Source of the DNA: Azolla caroliniana
Lineage: Eukaryota > Plantae > Polypodiophyta
DNA: 64,000 bases
Assembly: GCA_043228905.1 (NCBI GenBank)
Contig: JBHGNT010000013.1
Span: forward strand, 4,774,001-4,838,000
Reading direction: 5' to 3'
Position numbers and translations under genes: made by a program. Shown one piece after another: positions 38,244-51,485 of this stretch. Positions within the stretch are counted from its first letter, which is position 1, and each line of letters begins with the position of its first letter. The notes beneath the pieces are model-generated. The model saw only the letters and a program-made list of their open reading frames with translations, was not told the origin of the DNA and searched no databases.

Positions 38244-40205
38244 TCACCGTTACCAAAGATCTCACCTCTTCACCTTTCTCGGCACATACCGGAGGATGTC
38301 GCGACGATTTTCGGCTACGGTGTGAAACCGAGTGAGACGAATAAACCAAGGATGTGCAACATTGCACATGCACTTAGCAAATAAACCTAAGGCCTAGTGG
38401 CACTTGAGTTCATATAGAGGGGTGCAAGCAAGGTTTGAACCTTGCACCTCTAAGATACAAAATGATTGCCTTACCATTAGGACAACTATCATATAGTGTA
38501 GATTCTATGTATTTCCTTTTTATATACGAATTATAGATGAAACAACCATAGAAAACCATGTGCACAAAACCATGGTTCTAAACCCATGGTTTGTGCATGA
38601 CATAAGCAAAACCGTGTGCACAAAACCATGGTTTTAGCCCATGGTTTTGTGCATGTCACAAGCATGGAAAGACCTATAAAAGCCCCTAGTTGGGCTTGTG
38701 TAAGGGGGGCTCAATATGTGATATCACCAACTCCATTATCATCAATATAATTATATTTGTCTTCATCTTCTTCATATTTTTCTACTTCTCAAGAGTACAA
38801 TTTTTCTTCTTCTCAAGCAAACCAATTTCATCTAATCTTACATTGATCGTCATCTCTTCGATAATTCTGCAAACATCCTCCCCAGTCCAAGACCCTGGTG
38901 GTCGCTCGAGTAGCACACGCACGCGCGAATCTTCGCGACAACGTCATCGAAGATTTCTTGATAAACTTCGCTCGTCGAGGGAATAAATGGAACCCCATTG
39001 ACCAACTTCTCGCCCTCAAGCAAGAAGCGAACGAGATGGTCAGGGACTACATACGTCGCATGAAAAGCTTGCACCATCGTTGTGGCCCGAGCGACAAGAT
39101 GTCAGATGACAAATTGATGAGTCGTTTCATCAATGGGTTGTTCAATCCGACACTCCAAAATTTCCTGATTGCCAAGATGTGTCGGTCGTTCACTAAAGCT
39201 TGCATAGTAGTGATGACCTTGGAAGATTCAATGAGCGGGTTATGGATACCCACTCAAGCACCCAGGAACAACCACGAGAAACCCTTGGACCTCACCCCCA
39301 CTCTACCCACACCACCGAGACCACCCTGTATAGAAAAACCCCAAGCATATGCCCAAAGAGAAAATGTAAGGTGTACGGTATGCCATGGACACAACACAGG
39401 GCATGAGTGTCCCCTCCTCCACCAACGATGGCTGCAATACTGTAAGTGGTGCAAAGCTTTCGTGATGCATCCGCAAGAGAACTGTTGGCAAGCCCCGACC
39501 GGAAGGTACAACCAAACACCAATGGTGGAGCACTCACGCTCACCTCCATCGCTTAGTCGCCCAGAACTACCAACGATACTTCCCCAACAACCTCCACTAC
39601 CATGCATTGGCGCTCACCTCGCCGAACTAGAATATACCACTGATAGCCAAACCCAGGTCAGGGTGAGTGCTCCCAAATACGAAGACTCGTACTGAGAGTA
39701 TGGTGTTGAAGAAGAGGTGTTGTCCCACTTTGTGGACTTCGAAGGAGACCAAATACCAATGTACATCCTGAGAGGGGAACAACGGGGGCCGTCGATGGGA
39801 TATCGCAACAATAATGGTCTAAGGAGGTCAGAATTGAAATGTTTAAACTACCAAGGCCCACATATGGTTAGCGAGTGCCCAACCAAACATGAATACTACA
39901 ACAAAATGGCACAACGACCACACCACCCCCCACTCGAAACACCCCCACAACCACCGGCGCAAAGTCTCACCCAATTGTCACAGGACCTTATCGAGTGGTT
40001 CCAAAGAGAAGCATCATGCCCATCGTGTGGTAAGGAGCACTTAGTACTTGATTGCCCAGAAAAGAAGAAAAGGGTTGGCACAAATCTGTTGTCTATCGTA
40101 CCATCCATGATTGGCGCCAACATCATCACATGAGCTCAACGAGTAGCTCATAATTTAAGTGCATGTCACATGAGCTCAACGAGTACCATCCACGATTGGC
40201 GCCAA

Positions 40206-40560
40206 CTGACACATGTTTGCATAACAAGTAAACCAGAACAATGTCACGATGAGGGTAAACAATAACTTAACATTCCTATCAATTACAGACAACAACCTAG
40301 ATACAATAAACTTATTGTTAGTACTAAAGTTGTGTTAAGAGTTTGCATCTGTAGACATATGTATCAAAGTAGTGACACTCATCACTCATCTTCTCATTGT
40401 CACATGTTTTCATAACAAGTAAACCAGAACAATGTCACGATGAGGGTAAACAATAACTTAACATTCCTATCAATTACAGACAACAACCTAGATACAATAA
40501 AATTTTCGTTAGTACTAAAGCTGTGTCACCATGACATGTGTGCATAACAAGTAAATTAAA
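40206..40560. repeat. ~190-bp tandem duplication downstream of the RING pseudogene
   Basis: CACATGTTT.CATAACAAGTAAACCAGAACAATGTCACGATGAGG at about 40210 and 40401. Confidence 0.85.
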
Positions 40561-40712
40561 ACTGTGTCAAGATGATGGTAATCAATGACTTAGCATTCCT
40601 ATAAATTAAAACAGTGTCAAGATGATTTCCATCAATGACTTAGTAAATTAAAACTATGTCAAGATTCGTTAATCAATTACATAAAACAATCAATATACAA
40701 TAAACTTTGGTT

Positions 40713-43700
40713 TTAGTTTTTTCTAGATCTTGTAATGCGCCTATTTTTGGTTTCATTCTGCTCAGATTTCACATCCTTCTTCATCTTAAAACCACGAGGT
40801 AGTAAACTACTTAGTGGCAACTCATCATCGGAAGGTGAAGCCAAGCTGGAGGGAACAATGTGCTCTGTTGCAACTGCTTGAGATGCACACACTTCCAAGA
40901 AGATGTGGTCGATAGTCTTACCAGAAATCTCCTGGAGGTCATTGGACGTGTCATTCTTCAACTTTTCTGGCTCCATTACCACATTATTAGGAGTACTAAC
41001 ATGTTCCTCATCTTGGGTAGTTTCCACTACCACATTATTAGGAGTACAAACATGTTCCTCTCCTTGGGTAGACACCACTACCACATTATTAGAGTGCTCC
41101 AAATGCAAGCTACTTGCAGTATTTTGGATAGACACCTCATTCGTAGTACCACACTCTCCTTCTTGGGTAGCTACAGGGGTCTCCTTAATGTTACATCCTT
41201 GCCCTAGATTAAGGTTGCTTGTGGTGTTTTGGACACACACCTCATTCTCCCCTTGGGTCATTTTCACATTCTCTGCAGACTCCATTGCAAAGTTGCTTGT
41301 CACCTCAGGCTTTTCACACTCCAGCTCCTCTTTTTGACTGATCTCACATTCCTCATGTGCGTTAGCATTTGAGCCTGAATAATCAAGATTGCTCCATAAA
41401 CTTCCTGAATCATCTAATGGTATTTGTGAATCTACATGCTCCTCTACTCCTAAATAACAGTAAAGTGATCCAAGAACAATATCAATTCACATTCTGAAAA
41501 AGTGAAGGCACCTAGCCAAATGATTAAGGTTAAGGGACAAATGTTTACCTACTGTTACATCGTCATTGTTGCTTGGGATGATCCCAGTTTCAACTTGGGG
41601 CTCTTCATCATGCCCTATGTATTAATACACATGTACATTATTGTCACATGAAGTAATATTGTCACGCGAAGTAATATGCTACCAACATGTACCTGGAAGT
41701 GACATAAATTCTTCTTCATATTGTGGCTCTGAATCTGTAACTCCATTTTCATTACTTTTTTCTTCCTTGTCTTAAAACAAAAGTATGCAGTATTAGTCTA
41801 ACTCATCAAGATGACAACAGACACAAGTTTGTGAGAATTTGTATTACCCACCACAACAATCACCTTTGCATTTTTTCCCCTTTTCGTACAATTTCCTTGC
41901 AGCAATACGCTTCTTTGTAGGCTCTTTCATAGAAACATAATAAATTAGTAGTATCCCAACATTTCAGAATTTAGAAAGGCAAACACAATTAGCATTACCA
42001 TTCACAGAGTCAGGGCGTGCCGAGCTAGCAGATTTTGGTTCAAGAATCACATCTTCAATTATTCCAATGGCCTTTCTCATACATTCATCTTCATCATAAA
42101 CTTCATCAGGTACCACTAAAGAACGACCGTGTACTTTGGAATTTGCAGTAGACTTTGTACGTAGTAACACAGGGCCTGGTTTGTCAATTACCTTCCCTGG
42201 TGTGGTGTTGCTAGAAACTACAACATTCATATTATAAGCATACATATTATAAGAGTACATATTATAACATGAGTCCAAAATAACAAATATACTACTGATC
42301 CACCTGGACATGCATATTTCCTTTGGATCCGAACAATGTTAGTACTAAAATGTCAACACATTCATGTCTATTTGTTCGGTCATGCAAAGCCTAATTCAAG
42401 TGGACACATAAAGTACAATGCAATAAGCAATGTTAGTGCTAATACAAGTTATACAACTAAATATTTAGGACCCACCGTACCAAATAATCAATACTGAATC
42501 AATTGATCATAAAGGAATACAATGTATTAAGTAATGTTAGTACTTAATCAACATCTTAGGAACTTAAAGGATTAGTACTAAGCCACCTGGACACACATAT
42601 TTCATTTGGTAATGAACAATGTTAGTACTAAAAAGCAAAGACCTTCATGCCTATTTGTTCGGTTATGCAAAGCCTAAGTCAAGTGGACTCAAAAGGTACT
42701 GTTAGTACTTAATCAACATCTTAGGATCTTAAAGGAATAGTACTGAACCATTTGGACATGCATATTTCTGATGGTAATGAGCAATGTTAGTACTAAACAA
42801 CCAAGACCGACAGGCCTATTTGTTCGGTTATGGAAAGCCTAGTAAAGTGGACACAAAAAGTACAATGCAATTAAGCAATGTTAGTAATAATACGATTTAT
42901 ACAACTAAACATTTAAGACTCTCCGTACTAAATAATCAATACTGAATCAAATGATCATGAACTAATAAAATGGAATAAGTACTATTAGTACTTAATCATG
43001 CAAAGCAACAATGTAATAAACAATGTTAATACTAATACAAGTTATACAACTAAACATTTAAGACCTTTAGTACTAAATAATCTGCACTAAATCGACTAAT
43101 CATCCTGGATCCAACTGTAAGAACAGAACCAAAAGTAAAATTATAAAATCATAGTATAAAAATTACATAATGCTTAATCATGTACCATAGGAGTGTACTT
43201 TTAAACCCCAAGCTAGGTACCATTCGGCTCCAACTGTACTTTTACAGTCCAAACATATATTTTCTTTCTTGAAATGGTACTTAACACATAACAAATGATA
43301 TGTGTGCAAGCATGGTGTAATGATAGCATCCATAGACTCAACCTTGAATCCAAGGCCACGGAATAAACACCTTCAATAACGAGACACAACATACACTATA
43401 TTAGTACCAATGATATTTTATACCATAGAAGGTCAAAAAGGAGAAATATAAACCATTACCATGATATAGTAATGCTTCTATTTGTACTTTCCATGCAAGC
43501 GTGGTGCTCAACTACGTCTGGACATAGAGTATCTAAACCTTTTTCTTTTAGACCCTTCATCAAACATGTTAGATTCTCTGAATGCAGCTTTAAGGCTAGT
43601 AATTGCTCATCAATTTCATTACGAGAAGACCGCCATGTCCCTAGATCTTTCTTTTGTGCTTCTAGATGAGTGCCCATACTTGTGAGCTCCTTCTTCAATT

Positions 43701-44500
43701 CCTCTTTTAACACATCACTTTCAAAATTTTGGATTGTTGATGCAATCCATTCGTATGTAATCGACCTAGATGTAAATTGTTTCTCTGTTGCCATCTCACC
43801 AGATGAAACTTCTTCCAAATCGGCCAACAGTGCTTGCATTTTTGTTTGCATGGAAGCTATACAACGCAACAATTGCTCTTCATGTTTTTTTGTCAGTGTG
43901 GCTTTCTGTTTTGCAATTTGTTGAGTGAACACAGATGTCCGAGTTGGGATTTCAATATGAGAGGTACCCTCAGACTTCATGGTAGTGTTGGTACTTGAGG
44001 ACCCTCTATAATGTGATGATCGATGATGAGCAAAATCTTCCCAATCAACTTCAATGCCACCAAGGAGCTCACATGCAAATGCATGTGCAAAGACAGATCC
44101 TAACCTCATTGTTTAGGATATGTTTCGTATCATAAACTTGTTCATATCGTGACTTTAGTTCAGTGATATAATCCATCTTCAATTGAGTGAGGTGGAAACC
44201 TCTCCGTGACTCGGGTTGTGATGAGCCCCAAGTTTGCTTCATCCACATGTCTACATCTTCATAAGTGTCAGGTCGTGCACGAAGGAAATAACCCCATCCC
44301 AATTTTGAACCTTGAAGGATGTTTGTGTGAACCTTTTTGCCTTGAGTTGCTAAAAACCATGACCTCCCTTTGGTGGGGGTCATCTTACTTTCTTTGATGG
44401 GGGTCCTTTTTATTTCCTTGCATGGTGTGATGACATTTTCGGTGACCATTTTCTTCTTTGTGGGTGTCTTCCTTGTCATGTGAATCATGCCTCTCTTCTT
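40713..44500 (-). pseudogene. Multi-exon gene: unknown N-terminal domain, coiled coil, RING-H2-like zinc finger and acidic low-complexity tail; frameshifted
   Basis: A GT-AG intron at 43371-43459 joins ...TISW to CLFRGLGFKVESMDAIITPCLHTYHLLC..CLDC (exon 43186-43370); further GT-AG-bounded exons at about 41999-42217, 41849-41924, 41692-41770, 41549-41614 and 40713-41448; frameshift near 44100. Confidence 0.65.
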
Positions 44501-45099
44501 CGCCTCACATGCACAACAATAGTAAATAACAGTAAATCATGCACAACAATAGTAAAGAATATTAAATAATATACAATTCAAGGAGATGTTGGATATGAAA
44601 CATAATGTTAACTCCCGATACTTGACATATACATATGTTGTCCGACTCTCAAATTCAAGCATATGCATGTACAACGCGCTCAAATGATCAAATGATCAAG
44701 GGAGACCAACAACAACAACAACAAAACCCTCAACGATAATAACAAATAGAATCAAACATATAGATAAACATGTCCCAGACATCATTATGGTTGCAGATGT
44801 AAGAAACAGATAGAAAATGACAAAAACAGATAGAATCAAACATACAAATATAGTGTAAAACAAGTACCAAATGTCGTTGTTGAAGTCTTTGAAGAGGGGA
44901 CGCGATTGAAACACACCGGGTAGAGGGAACTAGGTATGAGGGAACACTTGGAGGTAGAGGGAACACAACTAGCAAACCCTAAACCAATGCAAAGAGGACA
45001 CGGTGTGTAGACCACACTTCAAAGAACCCTTGAGAGAGAACGTGGCGAGCAGAGGAAAGCTCGAGAACATGGCCAACAGAGGACACAGTACAACGGTTG

Positions 45100-45390
45100 A
45101 GAGAGAGAATACCTGAGAGAGAGGACACGACGAGGACACAGTTGAAGACCTGATGTCAATGCAGCGAGGACACAATACAACACCTGATGTCGATGTAACG
45201 ACGACACAAAACAGAGAGGTCACAACGTACTGTTGTTGCAAAGAGGACATGACGAGGACACAGTTGAAGACCTGATGTCGATGCAGCGAGGACACAGTAC
45301 ATCGAGGACACAGTACAACACCTGATGTGGATGTAATGACGACACAGAACAACGAGGTCACAGTGTACTATTGTTGCAAAGAGGACATGA
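45100..45390. repeat. ~122-bp tandem repeat upstream of the RING pseudogene
   Basis: GAGGACA.GACGAGGACACAGTTGAAGACCTGATGTC at about 45121 and 45243. Confidence 0.8.
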
Positions 45391-45565
45391 CAGGCAGGGA
45401 ATGGGTTTAGGGTTTGCAGAGTGAGCAGAGAATGTGGAGAAACCTGTGCAAAAGTTGGAAGAGGGAGGGAGGGAGGGGGGTACGAACGTAATGAATTCTT
45501 GAATAGAAGGGGGAAGGAAAGAGTGCAAGAGAGAGGAGGTATGAACCTAGGGAATTACCAAGTGT

Positions 45566-45567
<2 letters not shown>

Positions 45568-45602
<35 letters not shown>

Positions 45603-45618
45603 AACTAACTAACTAACT
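45568..45618. repeat. (AG)n followed by (CTAA)n microsatellite
   Basis: Direct reading of the sequence. Confidence 0.9.
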
Positions 45619-46869
45619 GACAGTTCGACATAAACTTGTTAATTGCCAAGAGAGACAGAGTGGATGATTCACTGACGACTCGAGATCTTATATAGTTAAG
45701 ACCTCCTTACAACATTACCTAGGATTTTAACACAAGTGATGTGTATTTGTATTTGAATTCTATTTTCATTGAGTGTGACTTAATTTTAAGACAAGTGATC
45801 AACTTTTTAAACCCAAATATTGGATTTATTTTTACATTTTGAAGTTTTTCCTCCACATGGAATTCGTACTAAAGTTTTGGCCAAAAGTTGGTACACCATA
45901 GCATGCTTCGACCATAGTCACCATCCTTTTTTCAACAATTTTTTTTATTGACATCCCCATTGGTCACTTCGATTTCGTTACGTAACGAAATGCTCATAGC
46001 CACAATGGTGTTGAGAACGTAGGGCTTGACCCACTTCACGTGAGGTCGCTCTTATGACACACATATCCAACATCCCTCCCTCATTACATGGATACGATGC
46101 CACCATGAGATCATTCTTACGAAAGACATTGATGATGACGTAATCATGTGATGGGCCACGTGGGCCTATTATGAAAAGAGGGCTCATTTGGATTGACCAT
46201 TAGGTTGCACTTTGGCGTATGCCATCGTATTATGAGACTTGAGGTTAGGTAACGTACCAACATAGTTTGTGGTAAACCAGAGGGAAATAAGGACTCTTCA
46301 CATATATGTTTCTTTAAAAAAAAACATATATGGGCAAAAAACATTAAACATTAAACACGAGCAACCTATGTGGTTAGCTTAAGTGTTTAATGCATTTGTT
46401 CTTGATGTCTCGAGTTCAAATATGACCAAGACCATACAATATTGTTGATACAAATGACTATAATACATGTTTAGACTTTAGGTCTAAGTGCACTTTGGGG
46501 TCTTCATAATAGGACTTAAAGAGCTGAAACCACATTTGTGGGCACAAAAATATAGTTTATTGTTACCATTTTCTTCATGTATAAACTATTCATGATGCGA
46601 ACATACATGGTTCAGCCTCGGGGAGCCGCCATGAAAAAATCGATATAGAGATAAGGGAAAGACATTCATTTGTCACCCCCATGGTTTTTAAAACACCTTT
46701 GTGTTAGCATAGTAACCTAATCTTAAACCTCATCTCATACGTCTAGATGGGTATTCACGTGAGATCATGATATCGATTAATGTTGGCCCATGATATGTTT
46801 ACATCACGACTTGATGTTACGACTATTTGTCTCACCTTATCCTATTTTTTTGCCAGAAATAATCATTCA

Positions 46870-49800
46870 ATGACTCAGAATTACAACCCAATGTCATCCG
46901 CTCAAGCGGAAGGAACTCAAGGAAATCCTCCTGAAGCAATCTTCATTGAGTCGTATTTCTTACAAATACAAAATTTCCTTTGTTCAACTGCTCATCAGGT
47001 GTCCGAGCTTCTGCAATCTCAAAGTGCTCTCGAGGCATGTGTCATTAGTTTACAACGTGAGACTAATAGACCCAATGAGCGTTAGAGTGAACCATCATTT
47101 GTGGGAGAAAAAAAGGAAAGAACCGAAGAAGCAATCTGCATGTGGCTGGGCCGATGGGAGTCTCATTTTGAGCTCTATCCCACCCAGATAATATGAAGAT
47201 TGCATATGTCGGCCGAGAACTCGGGGATAAGGTTGTCGCCTAGTGGCATGGGCTCCGAACTTTGGGGAAATTGCCCGATACCTAGACAATTGTGGCCTAG
47301 TTTTTAAGGGCCGATTTCTGCAACTTCCCTCTCGAATCGAGGCAGCACAAGCTTTAATGAACCTCTCTAGCAGGAAGTTTTCCTCACTAGAAGACTATGT
47401 TCACCATGCTAGAACCCAAATACAAAAATAGGGTCTAGAAGGGGACAATTGGTTGATAGCTTGTTTTGTCAATGGCATCCCCAATTCGGACTATCACTAG
47501 ATAGTGCACGAAAAGGATCCAAAATCCTTCGAAGAGGCCGTTGAAATAGTTCTTTGCTATCAACGCACTTCAAAGAAGGACCATAACAAACCCAATGAAG
47601 CGCCCGGGTATGATTTACTACATGCGATTCATTCATTAGGAATTTCTATTGATACTTATATAGAGGAAGTAGACTTCTATGTAATGAATCTTTGTACCAT
47701 TGATGTAATATTGGGTTATCCTTGGTTTTTTAATAAAAACTCTTCTTTATCTATTGATTGGGTTCATCATTCAATTACTTTTGTACTGAATGATTGTACT
47801 TATTTTATTTGATGTGTTAAAAAACAATCTCTTTTGATTGTTTCCTCTCCATCAATATCCGGGTTGTATTGTTCTACTTTATTTTATTGTATACTTGATC
47901 CGGACATTCACGTTTACAATATCGATAATGTCTCGGGTCAATTATCATATTTTGAACAACAACAACTCTATGAAATCTTAAATGATTTTCATGATGTTTT
48001 TTGGAGTGAACTACCACATGGGTTACCTCTTAAATGTAATATAGACCATCGTATATATATTATACCTGGTGTTGCACCAATAAGTATACCTCCTTATCGC
48101 TTAAGTCAATCCGAAGAGGATGAGGTATCTAAGCAACTCAAGGACTATTTACGAATAGGGTATATACGTTATAGTAAATCTCCATGGGGTGCACCTATTC
48201 AACGCTAGTCTTTAGCTTCATAGCCCTTTTGTACTTACTCTTCTTATAATATATAATCTGTTATCATCATCTCTCTCTCTCTCTCTCTCTCTCGCGTCCT
48301 CCCTATCTCTCTCTCTCCTCTTCTCTTTTCCTCTCTCGGGAGTCTTACGCAGTCCCATCCTCTTAATACTAATAGTACTTCCCTTCTGTAGTACTAATTC
48401 TCTCTCTATTTAGTACTAATCCTCTCTCTATTTAGTACTATTCTTGACAGCTGATGGAAGAGTACAATACATCAACGAGGCGATTCATTGATTAGGAATT
48501 TCTATTGACACTTATATAGAGGAAGTAGACTTCCATGTAATGAATCTTTGTACCACCGATGTAATACTGGGTTATCCCTGGTTTTATAATAAAAACTCTT
48601 CTTTATCCATTGATTGGGTTCATCATTCAATTACATTTGTACTGAACGATTGTCCTCATTTTATTCAATGTGTAAAAAAATAATCCCTCTCGATTGTTTC
48701 CTCGTGTCCATCAATATCTGAGTTGTCTTGTTCTACTCTATTTTATTGTGTACTTGATCCGGACATTCACGTTTACAAAATCGATAATGTCTCGGTTCAA
48801 TTAACATATTTTGAACATTAACTTGATGAAATCTTAAATGATTTTCGTGATGTTTTTCTGAGTGAACTACTAGATGGTTTACCTCCTAAATGTAATATAG
48901 ACCATCGTATAGATATTGTACTTGGCGTTGCACCAATAAGTCTACCTCCTTATCGCTTAAGTCGATCTGAAGAGGATGAGGTAGCTAAGCAACTCAATGA
49001 CTATTTACGAATGGGTTATATACGTTATAGTAAATCTCCATGGGGTGCACCAGTTCTCTTGGTTACAAAGAAAGAGGGCACATGACGTATGTGTATTAAT
49101 TACGATGCCTGAATAAAGTGACGATCAAGAATTCATATCCATTGCCCCGGGCTGACGACCTAATTGATCGTCTCCAGGGAGCTCGGTATTTTACGAAACT
49201 TGATCTTTGTACGGGCTACCATCAAATTCGTATAAGTGAGGACGATGTTCCCAAAACAACATTTCGAACGCCTTATGGCCATTATGAGTTTTTGGTTATG
49301 CCTTTTGGTTTGACCAATGCTCCGGCCACGTTTCAACAAGGAATGAATGACATTTTCCGAGAACAACTTGGAAAATTTGTCGTTATTTTCTTGGATGATA
49401 TTCTAGTTTATAGTTGTACATTAGAAGAACATGCTAAACATGTCCGCTTTATTTTACAAACATTGCGCGACAAGCAGTTCTACGCGAAGATCTCAAAATG
49501 CGAGTTCTTCAAGAAATCAATTACTTATCTTGGACATCTCATAACCAAACGAGGAGTTGAAATTGATCCTTCTCGTATCGAGAAAATCAAACTTTGGCCC
49601 ACTCTTCGGAATATTCGAGAAGTTCGATTATTCCTTGGTTTTGTCGGGTTTTTGCAAAAATCCCTTCGTAATTACTCCCAATTGACGACGCCGTTTACTG
49701 ATCTACTAAAAGGTCAAACGCGTAAGTCTACAAAACCTATTGTGTGGAATGCTACACTAGACCTCGACTTTAAGGAACTCAAGGACCTAGTGTGCAAGGC

Positions 49801-51308
49801 TCCGTCACTTCTTTTACTCGATCCTCAGAACCTTTTGAGGTTGAAACCGATGCAAGCGATTATGCTATAGGTGTTGTCTTATATCAAGATGGTAAACCAA
49901 TAGCATTCGAGAGTAAGAAACTTGATTCTCCTCAATGTCGGTATACCATTCAAGAAAAGGAATTATTTGCAATTATACATGCGCTCAAAACATGGTGCCA
50001 TTATCTTTATGGAAAACGTTTTGTGGTAACTACGGACCACGAGTCCTTGAAATATTTTTGTGACCAACAAGACCTTAAAGGTCGTAAAGCATGATAGGCA
50101 GATCTCATCCAGGACTTTGATTTTTACGTATGATATCATAAAGGTTCCATGAACACTGTCATTGATGCACTATGTCAGATCCGTGAAGTTAACAGGCTTA
50201 GCTTCATTGAAATAACATCAGATATTTTTGTGACCACGATGGGTTGATCTCATCCAGGACTTTAATTTTTCCATGCGATATTGTAAAGGTTCCATGAACA
50301 TTGTCGCTAATGCACTAAGTCACATCCGTGAAGTTAACATGCTTAGCTTCATTGAAATAACATCAGATCTTTATGATCACCTTTGAGGAAAGTATGCTGA
50401 TGACAGTTATTTTGCGAAATACTGGACAAGAGTTGAGTCTGGAACAAACACCACCACATCCTCGAAGGAATCCTTTCACATTGCTAACAGTCTACTCTAC
50501 CATAATGGGAAGGTTTGTGTTCCAGATTTGCCTGAGGTCAAAAAGAGAATTATTTTTGAATGCCATGATGCACCCTTTGCAGGGCGCCCTGGAATACATC
50601 GTACACTCATTCTCATCTCCACTCAATTCTATTGGCCTAAGATGCATCCTGACATACATAGCTATGTGACAAAATGTCACCAATGTCAAGTTAACAAAGC
50701 CGCAAGACTTTTACATCCCTTGGACATTCCCAATAATAACTAGGAAAGTATATCCATGGATTTTATTATTAGACTTCCTCACACCCAAAAAGGTCATGAT
50801 GCCATCTGGGTTGTGGTAGATAGACTAACTAAAATGGCCAGATTTATTGCTACTAAAACCACGGTAACAACTCTTGAATTGGCTTACCAATTCGTTAACG
50901 AGTTATTTCGTTTTTTTGCATTACCGATGGATGTCATGAGTGATAGAGATCCAAAGTTTACTAGTGACTTCTGGTCGCAAGCCTTTAAGAAGTTAGAAAC
51001 TATGTTGAGCATGAGCTCCACAGATCATCCTCAATCCGATGGACAGATAGAATGAGTAAATCAAAATTGCGGACATGCTTTCAGCATACGTGGGTGCAAA
51101 ACCAACAAAATGGGAACATTATCTCCCAATTTTGGAGTTTGTTTATAACAGCTCCAACATACGTCAACAGGATATAGTCCTTTTATGTTGATGTATGGTT
51201 TTTAGCCACAAGCCCCGATTGATGTTAATATACATCATGATGAGTTGTGAAGTATGCAAAACTTTCTTCAGGATATGCAAGATATGTTGCATATTGCACG
51301 AGATAATA
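46870..51308 (+). mobile_element. pol: Degenerate chromovirus-like Ty3/gypsy internal region (gag, PR, RT, RH, IN) with a duplicated PR-RT segment
   Basis: YPLPRADDLID; VMPFGLTNAPATFQ; FLDDIL; ETDASDYAIG; MDFII..LP; SDRDPKF; HPQSDGQ. Confidence 0.88.
48198..48449 (+). mobile_element. R-U5 remnant of the Tcn1-like LTR family
   Basis: Aligns with 55970-56181; ends ...ACTATTCTTGACA. Confidence 0.85.
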
Positions 51309-51352
51309 TGTTGCATACAAGCTCTGAAGCATCAACGCAAGGTGGTTATCTT

Positions 51353-51484
51353 GGCGTCGATACAGAGGTCAACCATGTCAACACCCGAGCGCAGGTAGTA
51401 GGATATGCTGGTGACGAGGAGTTAGGGGCTGCATTACAAGGAGCAGATCTAGTCATTATAGCCGCAGGTGTTCATCGTAAACCA
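51353..51484 (+). pseudogene. MDH: Fragment of NAD-dependent malate dehydrogenase (mitochondrial-type)
   Basis: GVDTEVNHVNTRAQVVGYAGDEELGAALQGADLVIIAAGVHRKP resembles the MDH segment GVAADxSHxNT...ADxVIIPAGVPRKP. Confidence 0.85.
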
Positions 51485-51485
51485 T

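Larger units (their letters stand above)
20687..38940 (+). mobile_element. Non-autonomous gag-only Trp-lineage gypsy G (LTRs 20687-21329 and 38297-38940, TSD ACGT) carrying nested elements
   Basis: Near-identical LTRs; PBS TGGTGAACCCGACGTGA at 21335-21351; ACGT at 20683-20686 and 38941-38944; no pol of its own. Confidence 0.92.
18497..40150 (+). mobile_element. gag: Asp-primed (Athila-like) gypsy F: 5' LTR 18497-~19080, long leader, gag at 20418-20686 plus 38945-40133; truncated
   Basis: TGTTAAG start; PBS TGGTGTCGCTGCCGGGGA at ~19087 resembles the tRNA-Asp complement; gag reads EDFEYV|IEDFLINF across the nested insertion; Cys/His knuckles. Confidence 0.75.

Noticed and set aside
46371-46428. 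tRNA/SINE-like remnant (TAGCTTAAGTG...GAGTTCAAAT)
   Set aside because: Too short and degenerate, with no TSD or tail
46600-46700. Possible Mutator TIR or Helitron end bounding the RING gene
   Set aside because: No partner TIR, TSD or convincing hairpin-CTRR was found
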